Assembly (NCBI GenBank): GCA_022843175.1
Contig: JALHOE010000023.1
Coordinates: 3,011-67,010, forward strand
Length of the DNA: 64,000 bases
Direction of reading: 5' to 3'
From: Deltaproteobacteria bacterium
GTDB taxonomy: Bacteria; Myxococcota_A; Polyangia; Polyangiales; JADJMO01
The position numbers and the translations under genes are program-made. The notes under the pieces were generated by a model, which saw only the letters and a program-made list of their open reading frames with translations, did not search any database and was not told the DNA's origin. Shown in pieces: positions 54,566-62,997 of this stretch. Position 1 is the stretch's first letter, and every line of letters begins with the position of its first letter.

Positions 54566-56616
54566 AGAGCCACGCACAGTGCTTCGACGACCGGGTGGCT
54601 GCCCTCGCGAACCGCGTGCCCGCGGCGCTGCGGTTCCACGCGCGCATCGCCTACGACCTCGGTTGGACGTATCGGCCAGGGGGCGACGAGCTCTTTCGCG
54701 CGATCGAGCCCCAGCTGTGGGAGAGCAGCGGGCGCAACGCGGTGCAGCTGCTGTCGACCGCCCCCCTCTCGTGCCTCCACCGCGCAGCTGCCGACGACGG
54801 GCTCGTCGGGCGCGCCGAGGCGATGTCGCGCGCGCTCGACGAGATCCGTAGCGCGCCGTTCTCGCCGGGGCCGCGCGTCGCCTTCTTCTGCGCCGAGTTC
54901 GCCCTCCACCAGTCGCTCGCGATCTACGGTGGCGGCCTCGGCGTGCTCGCCGGCGATCTGCTGAAGGAGGCGGCCGACGCCGGGGTGGACCTCGTCGGCG
55001 TCGGGCTCCTCTATCACCGCGGCTACTTCCGCCAGCGACTCGACCGCAGCGGACGTCAGCACGAGTACTGGACAGAGGCGAGCAAGGAGCTCCTGCCGAT
55101 CCTCCCCGTGCTCGACGACTCCGGCGCGCCCCTGGCGGTGGAGGTGTTCATCCGTGGACACGCGGTGCGCGCGCTGATCTGGCGGGTGCAGGTGGGGCGC
55201 GCGTCGCTCTTCCTCCTCGACACCGACGTCGAGGAGAACGGCTCGGTCGATCGCTTCATCACCGCGCAGCTGTACGTCGCCGATCGCGCGTTTCGGCTGA
55301 TGCAGTACGCGCTCCTCGGCATCGGTGGGGTGCGCGCGCTGCGCGCGATGGGCATCGAGCGTGACGTCTTCCACCTCAACGAGGGCCACCCGGCGCTCGC
55401 GGCGGTCGAGCTGGCGCGCGGCGCGATGGCCCCCGGCGAGGAGCTCCGCGCCGCCGTCGCGCGCGTGCGCGACAAGCTGGTGTTCACGACCCACACCCCG
55501 GTCGCCGCCGGCAACGAGCACTACGAGGACGACGAGCTGGCGCGCGTGATCCACGACGTCCCGCTCGCGGAGGTGCTCACGCTCGGGCGGGGAGAGGAGG
55601 GCAAGTTCGGCATGACCGAGCTCGCGCTCTCGGTGTCGCGCTCGGCCAACGCGGTGAGCGCGGTGCACGGCGGCGTCGCGCGCGCGATGTGGAAGCGACC
55701 GATCGGTCACGTCACGAACGGCGTGCACCTTCCGACGTGGATGGCGCCGCCGATGCGCGCGCTGCTCGATCGCTACCTCGGCGAGGGCTGGAGCCGGCGG
55801 GCGAGCGATCCCGCGACCTGGCGCGCCGTCGACGAGATCCCCGACGGCGAGCTGTGGGCCGTCCGCAACGAGCTCCGCTCCACCCTCGTCGACTTCGTGC
55901 GCGTCCGCAGCGAGCGGGACCGCCTCGCGCGCGGCGAGCCGATCGATTACGTCGAGGCAGCGGCGCGCACGTTCGACCCGCGGGTGATCGTCGTCGGCTT
56001 CGCGCGACGGGTCGCCTCGTACAAACGACTCCACCTCCTGATCCACGATCCGGCGCGCGCGCTCGGCCTGTTGTCCGCCGCGCACCCGATTCAGGTGCTC
56101 CTCGCGGGCAAGGCGCATCCGCAGGACGAGCCGGCCAAGACCTTCATCGAGCGGGTCTTCACGCTCAAGGGCGATCCGGTGGTCGGCCGGCGCGTCGCGT
56201 ACCTCGAGGACTACGATCTCGCGATGGCGCAGACGCTCGTCGCCGGCTGCGACGTGTGGGTGAACATTCCGCGCCCCCCGCTGGAAGCGAGCGGCACGAG
56301 CGGGATGAAGGCCGCGCTGTGCGGCGGGCTGAACCTCGCCGTGCTCGATGGGTGGTGGAGCGAGGGCTACGACGGCGCGAACGGCTGGGCGATCGCGAGC
56401 AACGGCGACGACGCGCGCGACGCCACGGCGCTCTACGATCTGCTCGAGAAGCAGGTGGTGCCGGAGTTCCACGCGCGCGACGAGCACGACGTGCCGCGCG
56501 CGTTCGTCGCTCGCATTCGCGCCTCGCTCAAGAGCATCGGGCCGCGGTTCTGCGCCTCGCGGATGCTCGCCGACTACGCCCGGCAGGTGTGGCCCGCGAC
56601 CGCACCCCTCAGGTGA
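54562..56616 (+). CDS. glgP: Alpha-glucan (glycogen/maltodextrin) phosphorylase, GT35, alpha-glucan-family type
   Basis: It contains VAFFCAEFALHQSLAIYGGGLGVLAGD and the PLP-Lys region EASGTSGMKAALCGGLN. The ATG overlaps the gpsA stop (ATGA). Confidence 0.9.
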   Translation: MKSHAQCFDDRVAALANRVPAALRFHARIAYDLGWTYRPGGDELFRAIEPQLWESSGRNAVQLLSTAPLSCLHRAAADDGLVGRAEAMSRALDEIRSAPFSPGPRVAFFCAEFALHQSLAIYGGGLGVLAGDLLKEAADAGVDLVGVGLLYHRGYFRQRLDRSGRQHEYWTEASKELLPILPVLDDSGAPLAVEVFIRGHAVRALIWRVQVGRASLFLLDTDVEENGSVDRFITAQLYVADRAFRLMQYALLGIGGVRALRAMGIERDVFHLNEGHPALAAVELARGAMAPGEELRAAVARVRDKLVFTTHTPVAAGNEHYEDDELARVIHDVPLAEVLTLGRGEEGKFGMTELALSVSRSANAVSAVHGGVARAMWKRPIGHVTNGVHLPTWMAPPMRALLDRYLGEGWSRRASDPATWRAVDEIPDGELWAVRNELRSTLVDFVRVRSERDRLARGEPIDYVEAAARTFDPRVIVVGFARRVASYKRLHLLIHDPARALGLLSAAHPIQVLLAGKAHPQDEPAKTFIERVFTLKGDPVVGRRVAYLEDYDLAMAQTLVAGCDVWVNIPRPPLEASGTSGMKAALCGGLNLAVLDGWWSEGYDGANGWAIASNGDDARDATALYDLLEKQVVPEFHARDEHDVPRAFVARIRASLKSIGPRFCASRMLADYARQVWPATAPLR

Positions 56617-59194
56617 GCTCGACGGTCAGCTCGCGCGCGGCGTCGAGGCCCACGACGAGCCGCGAGCGGGTCGAGCCGCTCCCGAGCCGCGCGAGGATCT
56701 GTCGTGACAGCATTGGCAGCAACGTCCCCTGCAGGATGAAGTCGATGTTGCGCGCGCCGGTCTCGACCTCCGCGCAGCGGTCTGCGATCTGCGTGATCAC
56801 CGTGGGATCGACCACCAGCTCGATGCCGTGCGTCTCGCGCAGGCGCCGCGAGAGCGTGCGCAGCTTCAGCTCGGCGATCGTGGTGAGGGCGCCGCGTTCG
56901 AGCGAGAGGAACGGCACGATCGTCGTGCGCGCCAACCACGCCGGCTGCAGCGCGGCGCTGAGCAGCGGACGGATCGCGGAGAGCACGTCGGCGGCCGCGG
57001 GACGCCCGTCGCGGCACAGGTTCTGGATGACGTCGGCGGTGAGGTTGGTGGTGAGGAAGATGACGGTGTTCTTGAAGTCGATCCGCCGGCCGGTGCCGTC
57101 GGTCAGCTCGCCCTTGTCGAACACCTGGTAGAAGAGGTTGCGCACCTCCTGGCAGGACTTCTCGATCTCGTCGAGCAGCACCACCGAGTAGGGCCGGTGG
57201 CGTACCGCCTCGGTGAGCGCGCCGCCCTTGCCGTAGCCGACGTAGCCCGGCTTCGCGCCGATGAGGCCCGACACGCCCATCTCGCGGTCCTGGTACTCGG
57301 ACATGTTGATCGTCACGACGAACCGCTCGCCCCCGAACAGCACGTCGGCCACGGTGAGCCCGAGCTCGGTCTTGCCCACGCCGCTCGGGCCCACGAGGAG
57401 GAACACCTGCGGCTTGTTCGGATCCTGCAGCCCGACCTTCGCGCCACGCAGCGCGGCGCCGACGACCGACAGCGCGTGGTCCTGGCCCTTGATGCGTTCC
57501 TCGAGCCGCGACTCGAGCTCGAGCACGCGGGCCGCGTCGTCCTGCACCATGCGACCGACGGGCACGCCGGTCCAATCGCCGACCACTTGCGCGACGACCT
57601 CGGGGTCGACCTCGAGGCGCACCAGGGGCTCGGCGCCCTGTAGCTTCTCGAGCTCGGCGAGCGCTGCGTCGAGCTCCGCCGGGGGCGACGAGGAGCTCGC
57701 GCGCAGCGATTGCACCCGCGCGACCGCCGCTTGCTGCGCGCGCCAGCGATCGGTCAGCGCGGCGAGCTTCCCGCGGTCCTCCTCGAGGCGGCCGGTCAGG
57801 CGGCGCGTGCGCTCGTCGTCGACGTGCGTCCCTCCCTTGCGATCGCGCTCGGTGGCCGCGAGCTCGCGCTCCACGGCGGCGATCCCGCGCTCGAGATCGT
57901 CGAGCGCCCCGGGCTTCGAGGTCTGGCCGATCCGCACGCGGGCCGCCGTCGTGTCGAGGACGTCGACCGCCTTGTCGGGGAGGAGCCGGCCCGAGATGTA
58001 GCGAGCCGAGAGCCGCGCGGCCGCCTCGATCGCGTCGTCGCGGACGGCGACGCCGTGCGCCTCTTCGTATTTCGCCTTCAGCCCGCGCAGCATGAGCGTG
58101 GCGTCGGCGACGCTCGGCTCGTCGATGGTGACCGGCTGGAACCGCCTGGCGAGCGCGGCGTCCTCTTCGAAGTACTTCTTGTACTCGGCCCAGGTGGTGG
58201 CCGCGATCGTGCGCAGCTCGCCGCGCGCGAGGGCGGGCTTGAGGAGGTTGGCCGCGTCGCTGCTGCCGGCCGCGGCGCCCGCGCCGATCAGCGTGTGGGC
58301 CTCGTCGATGAAGAGGATCGTCGTCTTCGGCGACGCCTTGACCTCGTCGATCACTCCCTTGAGGCGGCTCTCGAACTCGCCCTTCACGCCCGCGCCGGCC
58401 TGGAGGAGGCCGAGATCGAGGCTCCAGATCGACACGCCGCGCAGCGGGTCGGGCACGTCGCCGAGCGCGATCCGCAGCGCGAGCCCCTCGGCGACGGCCG
58501 TCTTTCCGACGCCGGCCTCGCCGACGATGATCGGGTTGTTCTTGCGGCGCCGGGCGAGGATGTCGATGAGCTGGCGAATCTCGCGATCGCGCCCGAAGAC
58601 CGGATCGATCTTCCCCTCGGCGGCCGCGGCGGTCAGGTCGGTCGCGAAGCGGGTGAGCGCGGGGCGCTTCTTGGGGTCGGCGCCGGGGACGGCGGGCTTG
58701 TCGCTCGTGGCCGCCGCGACCCCCTCGGGCGAGCGCGCGACGACCTCGGCGAAGGCGCGGCGCAGCTCCTCGAACCGCACCTTGTCGAGCTCCAACAGAT
58801 CGCCGTTCAGGTAGCGCCGCGGCCGCGAGACCAGGGCGAGCAGCAGCGCCCCCGAGCGGATCGAGCCCTGACCGAGCTCGATCGACGTGAGCATCCACGC
58901 GTCCTCGATCCACTCCACGAGGAGCGGCGAGAGCGCGGGCTTGCCCGGGTTGCCGGTGCGGAACTCGTCGAGCGCAGCCTCGATCGACCGCGCGAGCCGC
59001 GGCACGTTGACGTCGAAGCGCGCCAGGATCAGCGCGACGTCGCTCTCGCCGTTCTGCACGAGCTCGCGCAGCGTGTGCTCGACGGTGAGCTCGTAGTGGC
59101 CTCGCGTGAGGCACACCCCGGCCGCACCGTTGAGCGCGCGCGTCGCGGTGTCGTTGAGCTTGGAGAGCAGAGGCTTGAGCTCGACGGAGATCAT
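56609..59194 (-). CDS. tssH: ClpV/TssH-type AAA+ ATPase (type VI secretion-associated Clp/Hsp100 family)
   Basis: The N-domain LKPLLSKLNDTATRALNGAAGVCLTRGHYELTVEHTLRELV has the ClpV pattern, not the ClpB pattern. NBD1 is GEAGVGKTAV and NBD2 is GPSGVGKTEL. The M-domain is short. Confidence 0.8.
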   Translation of the reverse strand: MISVELKPLLSKLNDTATRALNGAAGVCLTRGHYELTVEHTLRELVQNGESDVALILARFDVNVPRLARSIEAALDEFRTGNPGKPALSPLLVEWIEDAWMLTSIELGQGSIRSGALLLALVSRPRRYLNGDLLELDKVRFEELRRAFAEVVARSPEGVAAATSDKPAVPGADPKKRPALTRFATDLTAAAAEGKIDPVFGRDREIRQLIDILARRRKNNPIIVGEAGVGKTAVAEGLALRIALGDVPDPLRGVSIWSLDLGLLQAGAGVKGEFESRLKGVIDEVKASPKTTILFIDEAHTLIGAGAAAGSSDAANLLKPALARGELRTIAATTWAEYKKYFEEDAALARRFQPVTIDEPSVADATLMLRGLKAKYEEAHGVAVRDDAIEAAARLSARYISGRLLPDKAVDVLDTTAARVRIGQTSKPGALDDLERGIAAVERELAATERDRKGGTHVDDERTRRLTGRLEEDRGKLAALTDRWRAQQAAVARVQSLRASSSSPPAELDAALAELEKLQGAEPLVRLEVDPEVVAQVVGDWTGVPVGRMVQDDAARVLELESRLEERIKGQDHALSVVGAALRGAKVGLQDPNKPQVFLLVGPSGVGKTELGLTVADVLFGGERFVVTINMSEYQDREMGVSGLIGAKPGYVGYGKGGALTEAVRHRPYSVVLLDEIEKSCQEVRNLFYQVFDKGELTDGTGRRIDFKNTVIFLTTNLTADVIQNLCRDGRPAAADVLSAIRPLLSAALQPAWLARTTIVPFLSLERGALTTIAELKLRTLSRRLRETHGIELVVDPTVITQIADRCAEVETGARNIDFILQGTLLPMLSRQILARLGSGSTRSRLVVGLDAARELTVELT

Positions 59195-59523
59195 TACCCC
59201 TTGGGTGCGAGCGGCATCTCGCGATAGACGGTCCAGCGGCTGGTGCCGGGGACGATCATCCCCTCGAGCATCCGCAGGTACTCCTGCTGATGGTGGGCGC
59301 GCTCCATGTCGCCCCACGCGGACTCGAGGTCGTTGAGGCAATCGAACTTGGTCTCGAACTCGATCTCCGAGTCCGAGGTGCCGAGGACGCTCTTCATCAA
59401 TCGGACAGAGCCGAGCTTCCATCCGATGCGTTCACCGACGTCGACCTCCCATTTGCGAAGGACGGCAACGCACTCGTCCACCTTTCCGAAGCGAGTCAGG
59501 AATGACCATCTGGCGACGAACAT
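59194..59523 (-). CDS. Small (109 aa) ferredoxin-like / dimeric alpha-beta-barrel-like protein, translationally coupled to the ClpV-like gene
   Basis: An AAGGAGG SD precedes the ATG at 59523. The stop TAA shares one base with the tssH ATG (TAATG). The fold guess rests on the MFVARWSF...FGK pattern only. Confidence 0.6.
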   Translation of the reverse strand: MFVARWSFLTRFGKVDECVAVLRKWEVDVGERIGWKLGSVRLMKSVLGTSDSEIEFETKFDCLNDLESAWGDMERAHHQQEYLRMLEGMIVPGTSRWTVYREMPLAPKG

Positions 59524-59812
59524 GGGAAGCCTCCTTTGCGGCGCTGGCTTTCGACCAGTGGTGCAACCCGCGCGCCGGGGACGATCTCGGAGATCCGGGG
59601 CGCGAACGGGCGCGGTTCGCGCGGGTGCTGCGCGTCGCCGCAAGCGGTTCGCCTCGATTGACGCACCCCATACCTTTGCGCGATTGGCCCAAACGCGACG
59701 CGGGCGCCGCTCCGATCCAAACGCGAGCGTGCCTCCTGCGAAAGATCATGACGGCGCGGAGGTGCGCTGACGTCGGCGCGCCGTGGTGCGTCGTGCCCGC
59801 TTTGAGCAGACC

Positions 59813-59855
59813 TGACGACGTTGCTGAGCTCCGTCGTTTGCGGTTCTTTCTTTTC
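59813..59855 (+). terminator. Weak hairpin + T-rich tract in the 5' leader of the di-haem cytochrome gene (possible attenuator)
   Basis: ACGACG-N11-CGTCGT is followed by TTGCGGTTCTTTCTTTTC. The T-richness is unusual for this genome. It lies about 30 nt upstream of the GAGGAGG SD. Confidence 0.25.
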
Positions 59856-59887
59856 AAGGGCGGGGGCCAACGAGGAGGACAACGAAC

Positions 59888-61501
59888 ATGCACCGACGCA
59901 TCTCCCGAGGACTGGCCGCAGTGATCGTGATCGCGACCGCGAGCGGCTTCGCAGCTTGCACCGTCGACACCGACGCAGACGGCGAGCGCGAGGCGCAAGG
60001 GCTCATGTTCGGCGGCGACAAGGACGTGCGGCACGGCCGCGACGTGTGGTTCAAGAACACCTACGGCGGCGGCTGGTTCCTCACGACCTTCCTCTCCACC
60101 TACGCCCCCGAGGGCAAGCGCCTGAAGCTCGGGTTCGACGTGATGATGAACACCAAGCGCAGCGAGCGCTTCGCGAAGTTCGGTGCGATCAACGATCCCG
60201 ACTGTCGCGCGCCGAAGCCCGGCGAGGCGACCGACCCGATGCACCCCAACGACGTGTGTCCCGATCCCGAGGCGTCGGGCGTGCTCGGGATCCGCATCGA
60301 GCACGACTACAACCTCGCGACGGGCAAGAAGGACTCGGCGCTCCCCCGGCAGTTCGCCGTCACCTGCGCCGGCTGCCACGCCGGCTTCAACCCGGTGAAC
60401 CCGCCCAAGGATCCGAGCGAGCCGCGGTGGGTCAACATCCACCCGACGATCGGCAACCTGCGCTTCAAGTTTGGCGCGGTGTTCGGCGCGAACCTCAGCC
60501 CCACGAACCCGGCCGAGGCGCCGAAGAAGGCGCTCTTCGACTCGTGGAACCCGGGCACCGTCGACACGACCACGCTGTTCGACGACGGCTACAACAACCC
60601 CGGCGTCGTCACCGCGTTCTTCGATGTGCCGCATCGGCCGTACTTCACCAACACCGAGGGCACGTTCCACCGCGGCGGGCAGGGCGGCGAGGACGACGTC
60701 GGCGGGCAGACGGCCGGCGCGCGCGTCTACTCGAACATCGGCATGTGTTACCGCGAGTGCTCGCTGCCGGCGATCATGAGCAACTCGCCGATCGACGTCG
60801 CGGCCTGCAAGAAGAAGTGCGCGATGTGGCCGCCGGACGACGACCTCAACGACATGGTCAAGTTCCTCGAGACGGTGAAGGCGCCGAACAACCCGCTCGC
60901 CAAGTGCGACGACGATCCGCTCGTCGAGGAGGGCCGGGCGGTGTTCAACACCACCTGCGCGAGCTGTCACAGCGGCAAGGTCGGCAGCAACGACAAGGTG
61001 CTGCCGCTCTCGACCACCGCCGGCGCGGCCGGCATCGAGACGAGCACCAACGAGATCGCCGCCAACAACTGCCGTGCGCTCACCACCAACTGGGACACCG
61101 GGAAGATCTGGGCGCAGTTCGGGAGCACCGAGCTCAAGTCGCGCGGCTTCAAGGGCTATCGCGTGATGCCGCTCAACGGCATGTGGGCGACGGCGCCGTA
61201 CCTTCACCACAACGGCATCGGCAGCATCACGCTCGGCGCCGTCAACGTCGCGCAGGAGAACGCCGACTTCGAGGCGAGCGCGTGGCAGCTGCTCACGCCG
61301 CCGCCGTATCGCGCCGGGCAGCGCGCCAAGATGACCACGTTGATGACGCCCACCGGCCCGGTGGCCTATCCGATCAACTGGCTGCCGTCGCTCTCGGGCG
61401 GCAACAAGTGCGACGTCGACGAGCTGCGCGGCCACGCCTGGGGCACCTCGCTGCCGGACAGCAAGAAGAAGGCGCTCATCGAGTACCTGCGCACGCTGTA
61501 G
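59888..61501 (+). CDS. Di-haem c-type cytochrome lipoprotein (peroxidase/oxidoreductase-like)
   Basis: VIATASGFAAC provides the lipobox. There are two haem motifs, CAGCH and CASCH. A GAGGAGG SD is present. Confidence 0.75.
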   Translation: MHRRISRGLAAVIVIATASGFAACTVDTDADGEREAQGLMFGGDKDVRHGRDVWFKNTYGGGWFLTTFLSTYAPEGKRLKLGFDVMMNTKRSERFAKFGAINDPDCRAPKPGEATDPMHPNDVCPDPEASGVLGIRIEHDYNLATGKKDSALPRQFAVTCAGCHAGFNPVNPPKDPSEPRWVNIHPTIGNLRFKFGAVFGANLSPTNPAEAPKKALFDSWNPGTVDTTTLFDDGYNNPGVVTAFFDVPHRPYFTNTEGTFHRGGQGGEDDVGGQTAGARVYSNIGMCYRECSLPAIMSNSPIDVAACKKKCAMWPPDDDLNDMVKFLETVKAPNNPLAKCDDDPLVEEGRAVFNTTCASCHSGKVGSNDKVLPLSTTAGAAGIETSTNEIAANNCRALTTNWDTGKIWAQFGSTELKSRGFKGYRVMPLNGMWATAPYLHHNGIGSITLGAVNVAQENADFEASAWQLLTPPPYRAGQRAKMTTLMTPTGPVAYPINWLPSLSGGNKCDVDELRGHAWGTSLPDSKKKALIEYLRTL

Positions 61502-62035
61502 TCAGAACATCACGCCGACCGTGAGCCCGAGCTTGAGCACGGGCCGCGTGTACGGCGAGAGCCGCCCGCGCTGATCGAACGAGGTGAGCGCGCCCGCTCC
61601 GAGGTAGGGCGTGAGCTCCACGCGCCCGAACAGGAGCGCGCGCAGCCCCACGCCCCCGGTCTCGGCGAGATCGAAGGTGCCGCCGATCGACCGCTCGCCC
61701 ATCCGCACGTAGTTGAGCGAGCCGTCGACGCGGCCGAACAGGTACGGACCGACCATCGCCCCGGCCGGCTGACCGGAGAGCCAGAACGCTCCGGTCAGCC
61801 AGACGCGGCCCTCGACGCCCGCGGCGTAGGTGCGCCCCGAGAAGTCGCCCGAAGCGCCCCATCGCGCGCCGAGGCTCGTGGCCACGCTGAGACGCGGAGG
61901 GAGCACGAAGTGCTCGTACTGCACGACGACGCCGTCGCCGAGGAGGGCGAGGGGCTGCGTGGAGAGCGCGTGGTGATACAGGGGCGTGGGCGACGCGACG
62001 ACGTCGCCGCCGAGCGCGAACAGGAGCGCGATCAC
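61502..62035 (-). CDS. Possible small beta-barrel outer-membrane protein
   Basis: The GTG start overlaps the esterase stop (GTGA). It has Gly/aromatic-rich alternating strands and a C-terminal ...LTVGVMF. The signal peptide is weak. Confidence 0.45.
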   Translation of the reverse strand: MIALLFALGGDVVASPTPLYHHALSTQPLALLGDGVVVQYEHFVLPPRLSVATSLGARWGASGDFSGRTYAAGVEGRVWLTGAFWLSGQPAGAMVGPYLFGRVDGSLNYVRMGERSIGGTFDLAETGGVGLRALLFGRVELTPYLGAGALTSFDQRGRLSPYTRPVLKLGLTVGVMF

Positions 62036-62886
62036 CGGTTCACCGTGCGATCGAGGAAGTCTGCGATCGCGAGCCAGGACTCGGGGGCCACCGTCGCCTC
62101 GTCGATGTGCAGCTCGCCCGGCGAGGGGCCGTAGTTGAGGAGGTGGCCGCCTCCGTCGACGAGCAACATGTCCGCGACGTTGCCCTCGGCTCGGAGCGCG
62201 TCGCGCATGGCGACGACCTGATGCTTCTGGTTCGCGATGTCGGCGCCGCCGAGGACGAAGAGGAACGGCGGCTTGTTGGGCCCCACGTGAAACCGCGGCG
62301 ACGCGAAGCGGTAGGCGTCCGGCACCTCGGCCTCGCTGCCCCCGAGGAAGTCGCGGACCACCTCGCGATCCGTGCCCCGGAAGTCCGGGTTCGCGGCGCC
62401 GGCGACGATCGCGTTCGGCGGCGGGGTCGGCCCCGACGCGCAGTCGGGCACGTGCGCGGGGTAGGTGCCGGCGACGCCCATCAACGCGACGAGGTGTCCG
62501 CCCGCCGAGTAGCCGAGCGCCGCGACGCGCGCCGGATCCATGCCGTACTCGGCGGCGTGGGCGCGGAGGAAGGAGAGCGCGCACATGCAGTCGCGCACCG
62601 CGTTCGGGTAGCGGCCCTCCTCGGCGAGTCGGTAGTTGATGGTGGCGGCGACGTATCCCGAGCGAGCGAAGCGCTTGGCCACGCCGGTGTAGCCGGACTT
62701 GGAGCCGAGCGACCACGCGCCGCCGTGCACGAGGAGGATCCCCGGATGGAGCGAGCCGTCTCGCTCGGGGAGGTACACGTCCATCGTCGTCGCCGCGCCG
62801 AACCGGTCGTCGTACGACACGTCGGCGAGTGTCTCCGGAGCACCGCATCCGAGCGCCGCGAGCATGACCAACAGCGACGCGCGCAT
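62032..62886 (-). CDS. Alpha/beta-hydrolase esterase/lipase lipoprotein (HGG type)
   Basis: MRASLLVMLAALGC provides the lipobox. The oxyanion motif is LLVHGGAW and the GxSxG motif is ALGYSAGGH. Confidence 0.8.
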   Translation of the reverse strand: MRASLLVMLAALGCGAPETLADVSYDDRFGAATTMDVYLPERDGSLHPGILLVHGGAWSLGSKSGYTGVAKRFARSGYVAATINYRLAEEGRYPNAVRDCMCALSFLRAHAAEYGMDPARVAALGYSAGGHLVALMGVAGTYPAHVPDCASGPTPPPNAIVAGAANPDFRGTDREVVRDFLGGSEAEVPDAYRFASPRFHVGPNKPPFLFVLGGADIANQKHQVVAMRDALRAEGNVADMLLVDGGGHLLNYGPSPGELHIDEATVAPESWLAIADFLDRTVNR

Positions 62887-62997
62887 TCGCTGCCCGTGCT
62901 GCACCGCGCGCGCCAGCGAGGAACTCGGCGCGATTTCCGCGATCGCGAGGGACGAAGTGAACCGGCGGTCACGTGGCTACGAGAAGCCTCCGGGCCT

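Noticed and set aside
56609-56616. 8-bp overlap of the convergent glgP and ClpV-like genes, considered as a possible mis-annotation or frameshift
   Set aside because: Both C-termini read sensibly to their stops (…APLR-TGA and …VELT-TGA within TCAGGTGA). Tight or overlapping convergent ends also occur elsewhere in this window (21221/21226, 27864/27868, 50235/50237, 61501/61502).
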